A DNA stretch of 17,772 nucleotides from Neisseria sp. HMSC065D04. Its GTDB lineage: Bacteria > Pseudomonadota > Gammaproteobacteria > Burkholderiales > Neisseriaceae. A program made the translations under genes and the position numbers. Shown here piece after piece: positions 17,662-17,772 of the stretch (position 1 is its first letter; each line of letters starts with the position of its first letter). The notes beneath the pieces are model-generated. The model searched no databases. It saw only the letters and a program-made list of their open reading frames with translations, and was not told where the DNA came from. The stretch lies in NCBI RefSeq assembly GCF_001815675.1, contig NZ_KV821528.1, forward strand, positions 5,926-23,697, written 5' to 3'.

Positions 17662-17678
17662 GTTGTTTCCTTGATGGT

Positions 17679-17715
17679 TTCAGACGACCTTGTTGAGGCA
17701 CAAAGGTCGTCTGAA
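17679..17715. terminator. DUS inverted pair immediately upstream of map
   Basis: The arms ttcagacgacctt and aaggtcgtctgaa flank an 11-nt loop. Confidence 0.6.
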
Positions 17716-17744
17716 AGGGAAGGGGATGAGTCGGCAGCTTGTTT

Positions 17745-17772
17745 TATAGTGGATTAACTTTAAACCAGTACG
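17745..17772. repeat. Correia (CREE) element terminus, truncated by the window edge
   Basis: The sequence tatagtggattaactttaaaccagtacg matches the recalled Correia terminal repeat TATAGTGGATTAAC...ACCAGTACGG. Confidence 0.8.

Noticed and set aside
17716-17772. A possible outward promoter from the Correia terminus (ccacTATAAAac on the minus strand) driving map.
   Set aside because: Correia ends are known to supply promoters in some contexts. Here I find no suitably spaced -35, and a DUS hairpin lies between the terminus and map, so it cannot be supported from sequence alone.

Overview
This is a Neisseria chromosomal segment. The 12-mer uptake sequence AGGTCGTCTGAA occurs about 20 times, mostly as inverted-pair terminators, and I recall this dialect belonging to the N. 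mucosa/sicca-type commensals. Both window edges are Correia (CREE) element termini. Housekeeping genes present are ppc (-), a divergent moaC-like gene (+), moeB/thiF-like (+), a low-GC orphan gene (-) that looks frameshifted in an A7 tract, valS (-) and map (-). The accessory content lies between valS and map. It starts with a small XRE-family HTH regulator and a ~500-nt very AT-rich spacer. Next is a ~7.65-kb filamentous (Inovirus-like) prophage with the gene order of the Neisseria Nf/MDA phages: Rep_trans initiator, two small ORFs, major coat protein, small membrane ORF, pIII/TspB-like adsorption protein, pVI-like ORF, Zot/pI ATPase and an unlisted 51-aa ORF. A 506-nt structured non-coding region follows, then an IS110/Piv-family DEDD recombinase. 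I place the prophage ends at CT dinucleotides 9198-9199 and 16849-16850. Joining the ends in silico gives atCTtatat and assembles a sigma70-like promoter facing rep. Removing the element restores an ordinary DUS terminator T-tract. The most interesting open question is the non-coding region upstream of the recombinase. It contains an 81-nt hairpin, several GC-rich stem-loops, twin G7 tracts and a 17/20 copy of the prophage right terminus. It may be an Ff-like packaging/origin region, a bridge/seek-RNA-type guide for the IS110-family recombinase, or both. No rRNA, tRNA or CRISPR array was seen. All calls come from reading the sequence and from recalled family knowledge; no searches were run.
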